From Bythopirellula sp. (GTDB lineage Bacteria; Planctomycetota; Planctomycetia; Pirellulales; Lacipirellulaceae), in NCBI GenBank assembly GCA_965216565.1, contig OZ244170.1:736001-800000 (forward strand): a stretch of 64,000 nt of DNA. Direction: 5' to 3'. Shown in pieces: positions 29,713 through 40,200 of the stretch (position 1 is the stretch's first letter; each line of letters opens with the position of its first letter). Both the position numbers and the translations under genes were made by a program. Under the pieces are notes generated by a model that made no database searches, was not told the origin of the DNA, and saw only the letters and a list, made by a program, of their open reading frames with translations.

Positions 29713-29807
29713 GGTCCGTCGAAAAAAAAAGGACTGGCACGGTGACACAATGTGCGCGAAGGACTGAAACCGAATTCGGGCATCGAGCCAGTCCCTATTT
29801 GTGTGAC
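29713..29807. repeat. Repeat family A, copy 1 (GGTCCGTCGAAAA..GGAC(A/T)GGCAC...CGAGCCAGTCCC..TTT..GAC)
   Basis: Same ends at 33981-34070 and 61264-61355. Confidence 0.8.
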
Positions 29808-29929
29808 TCATGTCTGTAGCCACCGTCGCCAAACGGTGGATTCGCAGTACCGTATCAAATGACGGGTTGTCATCGGTTCAAACCGGTCAACAATGACGAT
29901 GTATCAAACCTCTTTAAAGTGAGCAAAAA

Positions 29930-30967
29930 GTGACCTCATACGATGCCATTCTGTTGGTTTCATTCGGAGGGCCCGAGGGTCCCGACGAGGTGATGCCATT
30001 TCTGGAAAACGTTCTCCGTGGCAAGAACGTACCGCGCCAGCGGATGTTGGAAGTTGCCGAGCACTATCAACATTTTGGCGGCGTGAGTCCCATCAACGAG
30101 CAGAACCGTCAGTTGATAGCCGCCTTAGAAAAAGAACTAAAAGAGCACGGCCCCCGATTGCCCGTGTACTGGGGAAATCGCAATTGGCATCCCCTGTTGC
30201 CAGATACGCTGCAAAAGATGGCCGACGATGGCGTTCAGCGGGCGATTGCTTTTTTCACCAGCGGTTTCAGTTGCTATTCGGGTTGTCGGCAGTATCGCGA
30301 AGATATTGCCCGCGCTCGAGAAGTGGTTGGCGACCAGGCTCCGGAGATCGACAAGCTGCGCGTTTTCTTTAATCACCCCGGCTTTATCGAACCTCAGGTG
30401 AAATCGATTCAGAATTGCTTGGAGGAAATTCCGCAGGAGCGGCGCGAACAGACGCAGATTCTGTTCACCGCTCACAGTATTCCGATGTCGATGGCCGACA
30501 ACTGCCGCTATGTCGCGCAACTGGAAGAGGCGTGTCGGTTGGTTGCCGAGGGGGCAGGGCACGAGCGATACGAACTGGTGTACCAAAGCCGAAGCGGTCC
30601 GCCTCAACAGCCTTGGCTGGAGCCGGACGTTTGCGATCGCATTCGAGAGCTGCATGCGGACGACGGACTACAGGACCTGGTCGTTCTGCCGATTGGATTT
30701 GTTTCCGACCACATGGAGGTACTCTTCGACATCGACACCGAAGCGAAAGAACTCTGCGACGAACTGGGCGTGCATCTCTATCGCGCAGCCACGGTGGGCA
30801 CCCATCCGCGTTTCGTACAAATGGTCCGCGAACTCGTCGAAGAACGCATGGCCGACAGCCCGGTCCGCCTCGCGTTAGGCGAGATGGGCCCCAGCCACGA
30901 CGTCTGCCCCACAGACTGCTGCCTCTACACCCCAACGCGACCGCCGATGGCTGGTAAACCTAGTTAG
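29930..30967 (+). CDS. hemH: Ferrochelatase with C-terminal Cys cluster
   Basis: SFGGPEG, HFGGVSPIN, FTAHSIP, YQSRSG..PWLEPD, GFVSDHMEV; C-terminal CPTDCC. Confidence 0.95.
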   Translation: MTSYDAILLVSFGGPEGPDEVMPFLENVLRGKNVPRQRMLEVAEHYQHFGGVSPINEQNRQLIAALEKELKEHGPRLPVYWGNRNWHPLLPDTLQKMADDGVQRAIAFFTSGFSCYSGCRQYREDIARAREVVGDQAPEIDKLRVFFNHPGFIEPQVKSIQNCLEEIPQERREQTQILFTAHSIPMSMADNCRYVAQLEEACRLVAEGAGHERYELVYQSRSGPPQQPWLEPDVCDRIRELHADDGLQDLVVLPIGFVSDHMEVLFDIDTEAKELCDELGVHLYRAATVGTHPRFVQMVRELVEERMADSPVRLALGEMGPSHDVCPTDCCLYTPTRPPMAGKPS

Positions 30968-31059
30968 TGCACAACAAAACCGGCCCGGAAAGTTGAGACT
31001 CTCGCCGAGCCGATGTGAATTGTATGCTCAAGCCAGACGAAACCCTCAACCGTTGAAGT

Positions 31060-31083
31060 TGAGCCGACGGCGCTAGCCGCGGG
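31060..31083. repeat. Single arm of the palindrome found inside the 2385-2519 element
   Basis: TGAGCCGACGGCGCTAGCCGCGGG identical to 2419-2442. Confidence 0.8.
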
Positions 31084-31164
31084 TTGAGTGAGACTGAGTG
31101 TCGATCTGTCGCTCCCCGATGTACGCCAGTACGGATTCGTACCTAGAGCGAGCCTTTTGTCGTC

Positions 31165-31224
31165 GTAGCGGGATTCACAAGAATTCCGCGGCGTTGCTGA
31201 CTGAATTCTTGCGAATTCAGCTAC
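31165..31224. repeat. GTAG-type REP doublet
   Basis: GTAGCGGGATTCACAAGAATTC ... GAATTCTTGCGAATTCAGCTAC inverted pair with GTAG/CTAC ends. Confidence 0.65.
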
Positions 31225-31309
31225 CTCTTCATCTACAGGACCTAGGGTGGGTGGAGCACGTGCAGTTGTTTGGGTTTTGTTAACTAGTCGATTCAAAGAG
31301 CCAGCGCAT

Positions 31310-31348
31310 AAAAAAACCGGCCCGGAATGGTTTGCTTTCCGGGCCGGT
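31310..31348 (-). terminator. Terminator of the PEP-CTERM gene
   Basis: ACCGGCCCGGAA / TTCCGGGCCGGT stem with an A7 tract on + (T7 on -). Confidence 0.85.
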
Positions 31349-31358
31349 GCAATGATCG

Positions 31359-32105
31359 CTAGAGTCGTCTGCGGCTGGCCACGGCGAGCAAGCCCACCGC
31401 CACGATGAGCAGGGTGCTTGGCTCGGGGATGGTTGCGTGCTGACGCAGTGTGAAGACAGCCATCGTCGGGTCGTTGTTGACCTCGGGGCTGCCAAAGAAA
31501 TCGGCCGGCACGTTGACTCCTAACCAGAAGAAAGGTGTTTGGCCAGGAGCCACACCTGGAGCTACCGCATTGGGGTCTGGGTTGCCAGGATCGGCAAACC
31601 AATTGACTCGATCTGGAGCAGGAAGCTCGTCAAAAGTGGGGGAATCCTTGAAAAACCCAGTGTGTTCTGACGGGGCAGGATTCTCTTTGAAGAACAAACC
31701 GTCAGATTCTGTCGATTCCTCGAATCCACCAATGCCTTCGCCAATTCCGCGTCCCAGCGCCATATGGAAGTCGGTCCATAGATAGGGCGTTTGGTTCAGC
31801 ACATCCTTGTCGATGGAGATCATCGCATCTTGGCCAATCATATTGCTACTGACGGTGACCTTCACTTCGAGATCCCACCAAAGTTGATTGGGATCGGTTG
31901 CCCCGACAGCTTCGTCGACTTGAAGCGTTGCTAAGAAGAAATGGGCTTCTGGGTCGTTAGGATCTAGGAAAATACTATCAGCTTCGATACGTCCCGCCGT
32001 TCTAACTACTTCAATGTTTGTGACAGCGGCGTTTAGGCTATTGGCAACCGATCCTAGCAGCAGAAATTGCAGGAGGAGGAATACTCTAGATCTATTTCTC
32101 AACAT
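31359..32105 (-). CDS. PEP-CTERM sorting domain protein
   Basis: Signal peptide; C-terminal IPEPSTLLIVAVGLLAVASRRRL. Confidence 0.92.
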   Translation of the reverse strand: MLRNRSRVFLLLQFLLLGSVANSLNAAVTNIEVVRTAGRIEADSIFLDPNDPEAHFFLATLQVDEAVGATDPNQLWWDLEVKVTVSSNMIGQDAMISIDKDVLNQTPYLWTDFHMALGRGIGEGIGGFEESTESDGLFFKENPAPSEHTGFFKDSPTFDELPAPDRVNWFADPGNPDPNAVAPGVAPGQTPFFWLGVNVPADFFGSPEVNNDPTMAVFTLRQHATIPEPSTLLIVAVGLLAVASRRRL

Positions 32106-32741
32106 TGGGTCTAAGCTCCGGTGATTGATTCTTTTGTCATCTCGTAAGTAATTCTGCTATGAGCAAAAAGCTCATAGACTCTTTGCAACCGGGTTTAGCT
32201 TCACTAGTCGTTCCTGCCACGTGTTTTGGGGTTTGTCATCAATATTTGTTGGTAGGTCGATATGTTCGTAGGGACACCATTCCAAGCGAGAACCATCGGT
32301 AGTCGCTATCTCGTTGCTGATGGAGCTACTGCCAACCGAGTGTTGGCTTTTAGCCGGAACTAATCGAGCAAAGAGCAAAGGCCTTAAACACGGCTGTACG
32401 AAAAAACGTACGGATGTGTCTAAGGCCTATGGAGAGTGTCGCAGTAGCGGACTCGCTCGAATTGTCTAAAGAATTTGCAGAAGTTCGTTCCGGGGCAGAA
32501 ATGCCAGTTGCGCCGTATTCTAAAGTCCTAAGCACACATTGCAAGTTGTATCCCCGTGAAGATCGGGTTTTTATGCCGAGATTGCTAGCCAAGAATCAAA
32601 CCTGAGATTCTCTGTTAGTCGTGGTGTAGCAACGTCTTAGGGGTATTCTAAGCTGGTTCTAGGGCAGGGCCACTGTACTAGCATGGCGGCTGGATATCGC
32701 CGCGTGAAGAGACTCTTATTGCTGAGTATTCAGGCTAACAA

Positions 32742-32796
32742 TAGCCGGACCGCCACGCGGTCCGTAGTGCTTCGGAGGCAGGTGTGCCTCCGGCTA
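32742..32796. repeat. Repeat family B, copy 1 (TAGCCGGA...TCCGGCTA)
   Basis: Shares CGGAGGCA-n4-TGCCTCCG and TAGCCGGA ends with 43607-43693 and 50475-50548. Confidence 0.75.
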
Positions 32797-32814
32797 AGCC
32801 GTCATGTGTCTTAC

Positions 32815-33804
32815 TTAGCTGACCAAGATGGCTTCGATCTCGGCCAGCTCTTCCGAAGAGAATGTTGGATTATCTAGGCAGCCCATGTTTTGCTCTAGCT
32901 GCTCGACACTGCTTGCCCCTAACAGGACGGTCGTAATCCTGGAGTCTTTGCGAATCCATGCCAAAGCGAGTTGGGCCAAGGATTGGCCGCGACGGGAAGC
33001 GATGCCGTTCAACTGCCGGACCTTGCCGATGGTTTCTTCGTTGACTCGGTCTTCTTTTAGAAAGCCGTGAGACTTCGCGGCGCGCGAATCCTCGGGAATG
33101 CCATCGAGATAGCGATCGGTAAGCAGCCCCTGCGCTAAGGGCGAAAACGGTATGCAGCCAACGCCCTCTGCTTCGAGGGTATCCAACAGTCCATCTTCAA
33201 CCCAGCGCTCGAACATGGAATAGCAAGGTTGTTGGATCAGGCAACGGGTGCCCAGCTCCCGAAGGATGCGGCAAGCTTCTTGCGTTTGCTCGACGCCGTA
33301 GTTTGATATTCCGACGTAGAGGGCCTTGCCTTGTTGGACGGCACTGGCCAGCGCTCCCATCGTTTCTTCCAAGGGAGTCTCGGGATCGGGGCGATGAGAG
33401 TAGAAGATATCGACATAATCGAGCCCCAACCGTTGGAGGCTTTGGTCCAGGCTGGAAAGCAAGTACTTCCGCGAACCCCAGTCGCCATAGGGTCCCGGCC
33501 ACATCAGGTAGCCGGCTTTGGAGGAGATGATTAGCTCGTCGCGATAGTTGCCCAGGTCTTCGCGGAGCATCTTGCCGAAACTTTTCTCTGCGGAGCCAGG
33601 CGGCGGCCCGTAGTTGTTCGCCAGGTCGAAATGGGTGATCCCCAGATCGAATGCTCGCAGTGCGATCTCGCGTCCGTTGGCATAATTGTCGACTTCGCCA
33701 AAGTTATGCCACAATCCCAGCGAGATAGCGGGCAATTGGAGTCCGCTCTTTCCACAGCGATGGTAGCTTATCGATTCGTAACGATTGTCGTTAGCTTGAT
33801 ACAT
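32815..33804 (-). CDS. Aldo/keto reductase, L-glyceraldehyde 3-phosphate reductase (YghZ/Gpr/MgrA family)
   Basis: SLGLWHNFG, FDLANNYGPPPGSAE, SKAGYLMWPGPYGDWGSRKYL, SPLAQGLLT. Confidence 0.93.
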   Translation of the reverse strand: MYQANDNRYESISYHRCGKSGLQLPAISLGLWHNFGEVDNYANGREIALRAFDLGITHFDLANNYGPPPGSAEKSFGKMLREDLGNYRDELIISSKAGYLMWPGPYGDWGSRKYLLSSLDQSLQRLGLDYVDIFYSHRPDPETPLEETMGALASAVQQGKALYVGISNYGVEQTQEACRILRELGTRCLIQQPCYSMFERWVEDGLLDTLEAEGVGCIPFSPLAQGLLTDRYLDGIPEDSRAAKSHGFLKEDRVNEETIGKVRQLNGIASRRGQSLAQLALAWIRKDSRITTVLLGASSVEQLEQNMGCLDNPTFSSEELAEIEAILVS

Positions 33805-33873
33805 TGCATTTCTCAAAAGTTATCTTGAACGTTTGGGGATATTTGTTCTCTGTCTACGTGGCCGCGTCAGTAG

Positions 33874-33935
33874 CTGCCATGCCGGGGTCTGCTGAGGCAT
33901 GTGGCTAGATTTCTCGGCGGACCTCGAAATGACAA
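33874..33935. repeat. Repeat family C copy (TTGTCATyyCGAGGTCyGCCGAG...CTCGrAATGACAA), left arm degenerate
   Basis: 33904-33935 is the exact reverse complement of 54100-54131. Confidence 0.75.
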
Positions 33936-33980
33936 TACGCTTCGCGTTTGTGTTTGCTGATTCACCCGGAGGTTACCAAG

Positions 33981-34070
33981 GGTCCGTCGAAAATAGGGAC
34001 AGGCACAACGACACAGCTTGCGATTGGGTTCAAACGGTGCTCGAGCGTCGAGCCAGTCCCTATTTTCGAC
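33981..34070. repeat. Repeat family A, copy 2
   Basis: GTCGAAAATAGGGAC...GTCCCTATTTTCGAC terminal inverted repeat. Confidence 0.8.
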
Positions 34071-34117
34071 TCCCAACTGTGAGTTGTAGTCTTAGCGTGC
34101 TTCAAAAAAGACGTCTT

Positions 34118-34543
34118 CTAGTTTTTCTTCTTAACAATCTCCTGCACTTTCTTTCGCAAGTCGTCGCTGTTCCAGCCTTGACGTTCTGCTTCGGCCAGAA
34201 CGCGTCGCTGTTGGTCGTGGGGTAATCTGGCTACCGCGGCGTGTGCCGACCAGGATAAATTTGGTCGACGGTTCTTTGCTGGGACACGCCGAGCGACCGA
34301 GGCATAACGGCTGACCATTTCTGTGGAGAGCGTTCCCCCACAAACCTCGGCGAACTCTTCGCCATGCAAATCTTCCCCCGCGTTGATCATGTCGCCAATC
34401 CACCAGGGGCTTGCTCGTTGGCACCAGAGAGCAAACTGCAGCGGGCCAGCCCATTCGCTGAGCGAAGGTCTTCCCTGTACTTTGACATGGGCTGGTTGGA
34501 ATTGAAATGGTCCCAGCCCCATTTTAGGTTCGTTGGTTGCCAT
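34118..34543 (-). CDS. LmbU-family DNA-binding protein
   Basis: SPWWIGDMINAGE, YASVARRV..RRPNLSWSAHAAVARL..Q..L..AE..GWNSDDLR resemble the LmbU pattern. Confidence 0.65.
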   Translation of the reverse strand: MATNEPKMGLGPFQFQPAHVKVQGRPSLSEWAGPLQFALWCQRASPWWIGDMINAGEDLHGEEFAEVCGGTLSTEMVSRYASVARRVPAKNRRPNLSWSAHAAVARLPHDQQRRVLAEAERQGWNSDDLRKKVQEIVKKKN

Positions 34544-34613
34544 GCTGTTTCGTAGGAATAGGTGCTAAAGGATCGTAGCTGCCCGTAGATTTTACGTGAG
34601 TTATCTCCGATAA

Positions 34614-35678
<1,065 letters not shown>

Positions 35679-35702
35679 GAAGTCTAGCGCGGTTGACGCT
35701 AA

Positions 35703-36248
35703 TCAATTCATCATGAAGTAGGGCAAGCCAAACCATCCCAATGCAGTGATTGCCAAGAGGGCTGTGAACTTTGGGAGCGACAAGTTTCGATCGATCCGCA
35801 GTAGAGAGATTGTCATCAGAAAACTGGCCAAGAGACAATGCCAGCCATAGATGCCAATCGTAGGCCAATAGGGATTCCAAACCAGATCTGCCGCTCCTCG
35901 TTTTTCCGAGAAGGGGCCACCGGGTAGATTGCTGCCCGCGGTAAATAACTCCCAATAGGCTAAGAGGAAGAAAATGGCGCCCAAAATTGCTTCCACAATG
36001 GCATAGCGAGACGAGATCGGCTGTCCGCAATCGCGGCATTTGCCGCGCAGCATCAGCCAACCCAGGACTGGCACGTTGTCACGGGCTCGAATTGGGTGTT
36101 TGCAGTTCGGGCAATGAGAAGAACGCCACACGACCGACATGCCCAGCGGCAGTCGATAAGCAACCACATTCAAAAAGCTGCCCACGCAAGCGCCCACAAA
36201 ACCAAGCCAGAGGGCGGTGATCAAATCGATGGATGCATGTGGCGTCAA
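35703..36248 (-). CDS. Prepilin peptidase A24 N-terminal domain protein, apparently lacking the C-terminal catalytic half
   Basis: GSFLNVVAYRLP, SHCPNC, DNVPVLGWLMLRGKCRDC, RYAIVE; no G(G/x)GD motif. Confidence 0.75.
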   Translation of the reverse strand: MTPHASIDLITALWLGFVGACVGSFLNVVAYRLPLGMSVVWRSSHCPNCKHPIRARDNVPVLGWLMLRGKCRDCGQPISSRYAIVEAILGAIFFLLAYWELFTAGSNLPGGPFSEKRGAADLVWNPYWPTIGIYGWHCLLASFLMTISLLRIDRNLSLPKFTALLAITALGWFGLPYFMMN

Positions 36249-36384
36249 CTATTCGTTCCTTTGCAATGGCCCCTGGATACTGCCTGCAGTGAAGCTTGCC
36301 ACTTGGCAGGCGGAAGTTCTGCTTTAGAATCAATTCCACTTGTTACCAATTTATCGGACATCTCGCCGTTGAGGATAGAACAAT

Positions 36385-37110
36385 ATGCTTGAGTATCGCT
36401 TTAGAATGTCGCGTCTAGCCGTATTCGTAACGGCTTTGTTGGTTAGTTCTCCAACATTCGGAGAATCGGCGGCACTTGTCGAGTCGGAACCTCAACAGGA
36501 AACATCCTGGGTGGATCTGCTTGGTGACAACTACAAGCAACTGTGGCGGGGATATAAAGAGAAGAGCTGGCCTCAGGGTTGGAAGGTGGAGGACGGTGTG
36601 CTCTCGCGATTCGATGGCGGCGGCGACATCATAACCACGAAGAAATATGCGAGTTTCGAATTGCAGTTGGAATGGAAGATTTCTAAGGACGGCAACAGCG
36701 GCATTATGTACCGCGTGCGGACCGGAGACGATGCCCCCTATTTCTCGGGCCCCGAGTACCAAATTTTAGACAACAAGGGCCATCAGGATGGTGCTAACTT
36801 GTCGACATCTTCCGGGGCTCTTTACGCGCTGTACGCTCCAGAAAAAGATTGGACAAAGCCTGTTGGAAAATGGAATACGACTCGCATCGTTGTTCGTGAC
36901 CAACATGTTCAGCATTGGCTCAATGGACACAAGACGGTGGACTGCACGATAGGCAGCGATGATTGGAACGAGCGATACGAGAAAAGCAAATTCAAGGAGT
37001 GGGAACAGTTTGCCAAGAGTGCTGAGGGCCACATCGCGCTCCAAGATCATGGCAATTTGGTTTGGTATCGCAACGTGCGGATAAGAAGTTTGCCAAACAA
37101 GAAGCCGTGA
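36385..37110 (+). CDS. DUF1080 (3-keto-disaccharide hydrolase family) protein
   Basis: FELQLEWK..GNSGI, PEYQILD, WN..RI, GHIALQDHG..VWYRNVRI. Confidence 0.9.
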   Translation: MLEYRFRMSRLAVFVTALLVSSPTFGESAALVESEPQQETSWVDLLGDNYKQLWRGYKEKSWPQGWKVEDGVLSRFDGGGDIITTKKYASFELQLEWKISKDGNSGIMYRVRTGDDAPYFSGPEYQILDNKGHQDGANLSTSSGALYALYAPEKDWTKPVGKWNTTRIVVRDQHVQHWLNGHKTVDCTIGSDDWNERYEKSKFKEWEQFAKSAEGHIALQDHGNLVWYRNVRIRSLPNKKP

Positions 37111-37143
37111 TTGATCTTGCCGGTAGGAAAACTGATTAACGCG

Positions 37144-37168
37144 GTGGGGCAGGTCCATCCTGTCCCAC
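37144..37168. repeat. Short GTGG-type REP-like hairpin
   Basis: GTGGGGCAGG-TCCAT-CCTGTCCCAC. Confidence 0.45.
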
Positions 37169-37289
37169 GGGCATCTACTGGAGCAGTCTGCTCTGTTTTC
37201 CTGCCAAGTGCCGTTGGTTAAAGCAGCTTCTACTAGTTAAAGTGGATAGTTCCCGCGGTCCCCTCACTCCTTCCTCAGTCTCGACCAGT

Positions 37290-40200
37290 ATGGCAAGCGA
37301 TCCACGGCTATCCGACCAGCAGCTTGCCGATATCAACAAAGCGGGTGCCCGACGCCTACTTTCAGGCAGCTTTCTCGGGCTACTGCTAACCCAGTTTCTG
37401 GGTGCGGCGAATGATAACATTTTACGCTGGCTGGTCATCGGTTTGGGAAAAGACTTTGTCACCGAAGATCGTGTTGGCTGGATTCTCGCCATGGGCAGCG
37501 CGTCGTTTGTGTTGCCATACGTGCTGCTCGCCGCGCCGGCCGGCTATTTAGCCGATCGATTTAGCAAGCAAAAAGTCATCGTCCTCTGTAAGACGGCCGA
37601 GATCTTTATCATGATCTTTGCTGTTATCGCGATCAGTTTTGGTAGCGTGCCGATGATGCTTGCCATCGTGGCAGCCATGGGAGCTCAGAGTGCCCTGTTC
37701 GGTCCGTCCAAGCTGGGCAGCATTCCCGAGATGCTGCACGAATCGAAGATCTCCTCGGCAAATGGCGTGCTGGAACTGGTAACGGTAGTTGCCGTGACTG
37801 TGGGGATGATCCTTGGCAACGTATTGACCGACGTCGTTGGTTATCGAGGCGAAGAGCGACTATGGATTGCGGGAGTGGCCTTGGTCGGTTTTGCCCTCTT
37901 GGGGCTCGCGGCTAGTCTGTTAATCGCCAGGCTTCCGATCGCCAATGCCAGCCGACATTTCCCCTGGGACGCCATCCGGCAAACCTATCGCGACGTGAGC
38001 AAGCTCACGAGCGATCGGGCGATGCTCCGAATTGCATTGGGAATTATGTTTTTCTGGTCGCTGGCGATGCTTGCGCAATTAAATATCGATCGATTTGCGT
38101 TTGAAGGAGGTGCTACGAAACAGACCCAGGTCGCTCCGTTACTATTGGCATTGGTCGGTGGTGTTGGCCTGGGCAGTGTCTTGGCGGGGATTTGGTCGAG
38201 TGGCCGTGTGGAACTTGGTATTTTGCCGTTGGGCGCTGGCGGTTTGGCATTCAGTGCCCTCATGCTGTTCACGGTCGAAGGCGAACTTTACGATCCCAGT
38301 AAGCACTGGACAATTAGCTATGTCGGAGCGTCCTTGTTGCTTTTTTCCTTGGGAATGTTCGCAGGGCTTTTCAATGTGCCTTTGGCTGCCTACATGCAGC
38401 GTTACAGCAAACCCAAAGATCGCGGGACGATCCTGGCGGCGAGCAACTTTCTGACGTTTGCCGGCATGCTGGTGACTTCGCTGCTGTTTTGGTTGCTAAC
38501 GACAAAACTGAACTTCTCACCGCGCCAAGTGTTCTTGCTGTGCGGAATTGTCACGTTGCCGGTTTTGATTTATATCGTCTGCATCATTCCGCAGGCATCG
38601 ATACGCTTCTTCGCCTGGATGGTGACTCACACGATGTACAAAATTCGTGTCTTGGGTCGCGAGAATCTACCGGAAAAAGGGGCGGCGTTGCTGGCCCCCA
38701 ATCATATTTCGTGGCTGGATGGGTTGTTCTTGGTTGCCATTTCACCGCGGCCTATTCGGCTGGTCATCGCAGACGATTTGGTGCAAAAGTGGTGGGCGCG
38801 AGGGCTGGCCAAAGTGATGGGGGCCATTCCAATTCGCCGCCGTGCCCCCCGGGCCACACTCAATGCCATTGAAACTGCTCGCGAGGCGTTAAAAAATGGC
38901 GAATTGGTGTGCGTTTTCCCCGAAGGCAAGGTGACGCGCTCCGGGCAGCTTCAGGAATTTCGCGCAAGCACACTCGATCTTATTCGGGGAACCTCCGCCT
39001 CGGTGATTCCTGTCTACCTGGATGAGCTGTGGGGCAGTATCTTTAGTTTTCGCGGCGGCCGCTTTTTTTGGAAATGGCCAAGTTTACGAGCACGGCCTGT
39101 TTCGATTTGGTTTGGCAGCCCGATCGCCAGCCCCGAAAGTATTCATACAGTTCGCCAAGCCGTGCAGGACCTCGGTGCCGAGGCCGTGGCAGGAAGGAAA
39201 GGACGCATGATGGTTCTACCCCGATTGATGTTGCGAAAGTGTCGCAAGGCGATGTTCAGCATGAAGATTGCAGATTCGACCGGTTCGCAAGTGACCGGCG
39301 GAATGTTGCTGATGCGTTCGCTAATTCTCCGCCGTTTGCTGAAGAAGCATACATTGACCTCGGACGAGAAGTATGTCGGCATCCTGCTTCCGCCATCGGT
39401 TGGTGGTGTGATTACCAATGCCGCGGTAACCCTGGCCGGTAAGGTGACCGCGAATCTGAACTACACCGTTACCAGTGAAGTGCTGAATGCCTGCATCCGT
39501 AAGGGAAATATCAAGCATGTGCTGACGAGCCGTAAGGTGATCGACAAACTCGACTTGGATATCGATGCCGAAGTCGTTGCGTTAGAAGATTTCGCCGACA
39601 AGGTGACTTTGTTCGACAAGTTGGTAGGGGGGCTGTTGGCGTTCGCCACTCCCTTGCCATTGCTCGAGCGTATTCTTGGCACGAACAAACTTACCGGCGA
39701 TGACGAACTCACGGTGATCTTTACCTCTGGATCAACCGGCATTCCTAAGGGCGTCGTACTGACCAACCACAATATTGGCTCCAACGTAGAGGCCATTGAC
39801 CACGTGGTGCACCTTCGCGCCGATGACACGCTGCTAGGGATCTTGCCGTTTTTTCACTCTTTTGGTTTCACTGTCACACTATGGACCATGTTGGGCTTGG
39901 ATGTTCGGTGCGTTTATCACTTCACCCCTCTCGATGCCAAGGCGGTTAGCAAATTGGCAGGTAGATGGGGAGCAACCGTGCTGCTGGCCACGCCGACTTT
40001 CTTGAGATCTTATATGCGACGCTGTTCGGTCGAAGATTTCTCGAAGTTAGAAATTGTGGTCGCCGGTGCTGAAAAGTTGCCTATTGAGCTGTGCGACAAG
40101 TTTGAAGAAAAGTTTGGCGTGCGACCCGTCGAAGGTTACGGAGCAACGGAGCTTTCGCCGCTGGTGTCAGTCAACGTTCCGCCGCAACGATCGCAAACCG

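Noticed and set aside
28979..29900. Genomic island integrated at tRNA-Glu
   Set aside because: No integrase and no duplicated tRNA 3' end in the window
32330..32470. c-di-GMP-I riboswitch
   Set aside because: GCAAA and CTAA fragments are present, but I could not build the P1/P2 arrangement on the strand of the downstream gene
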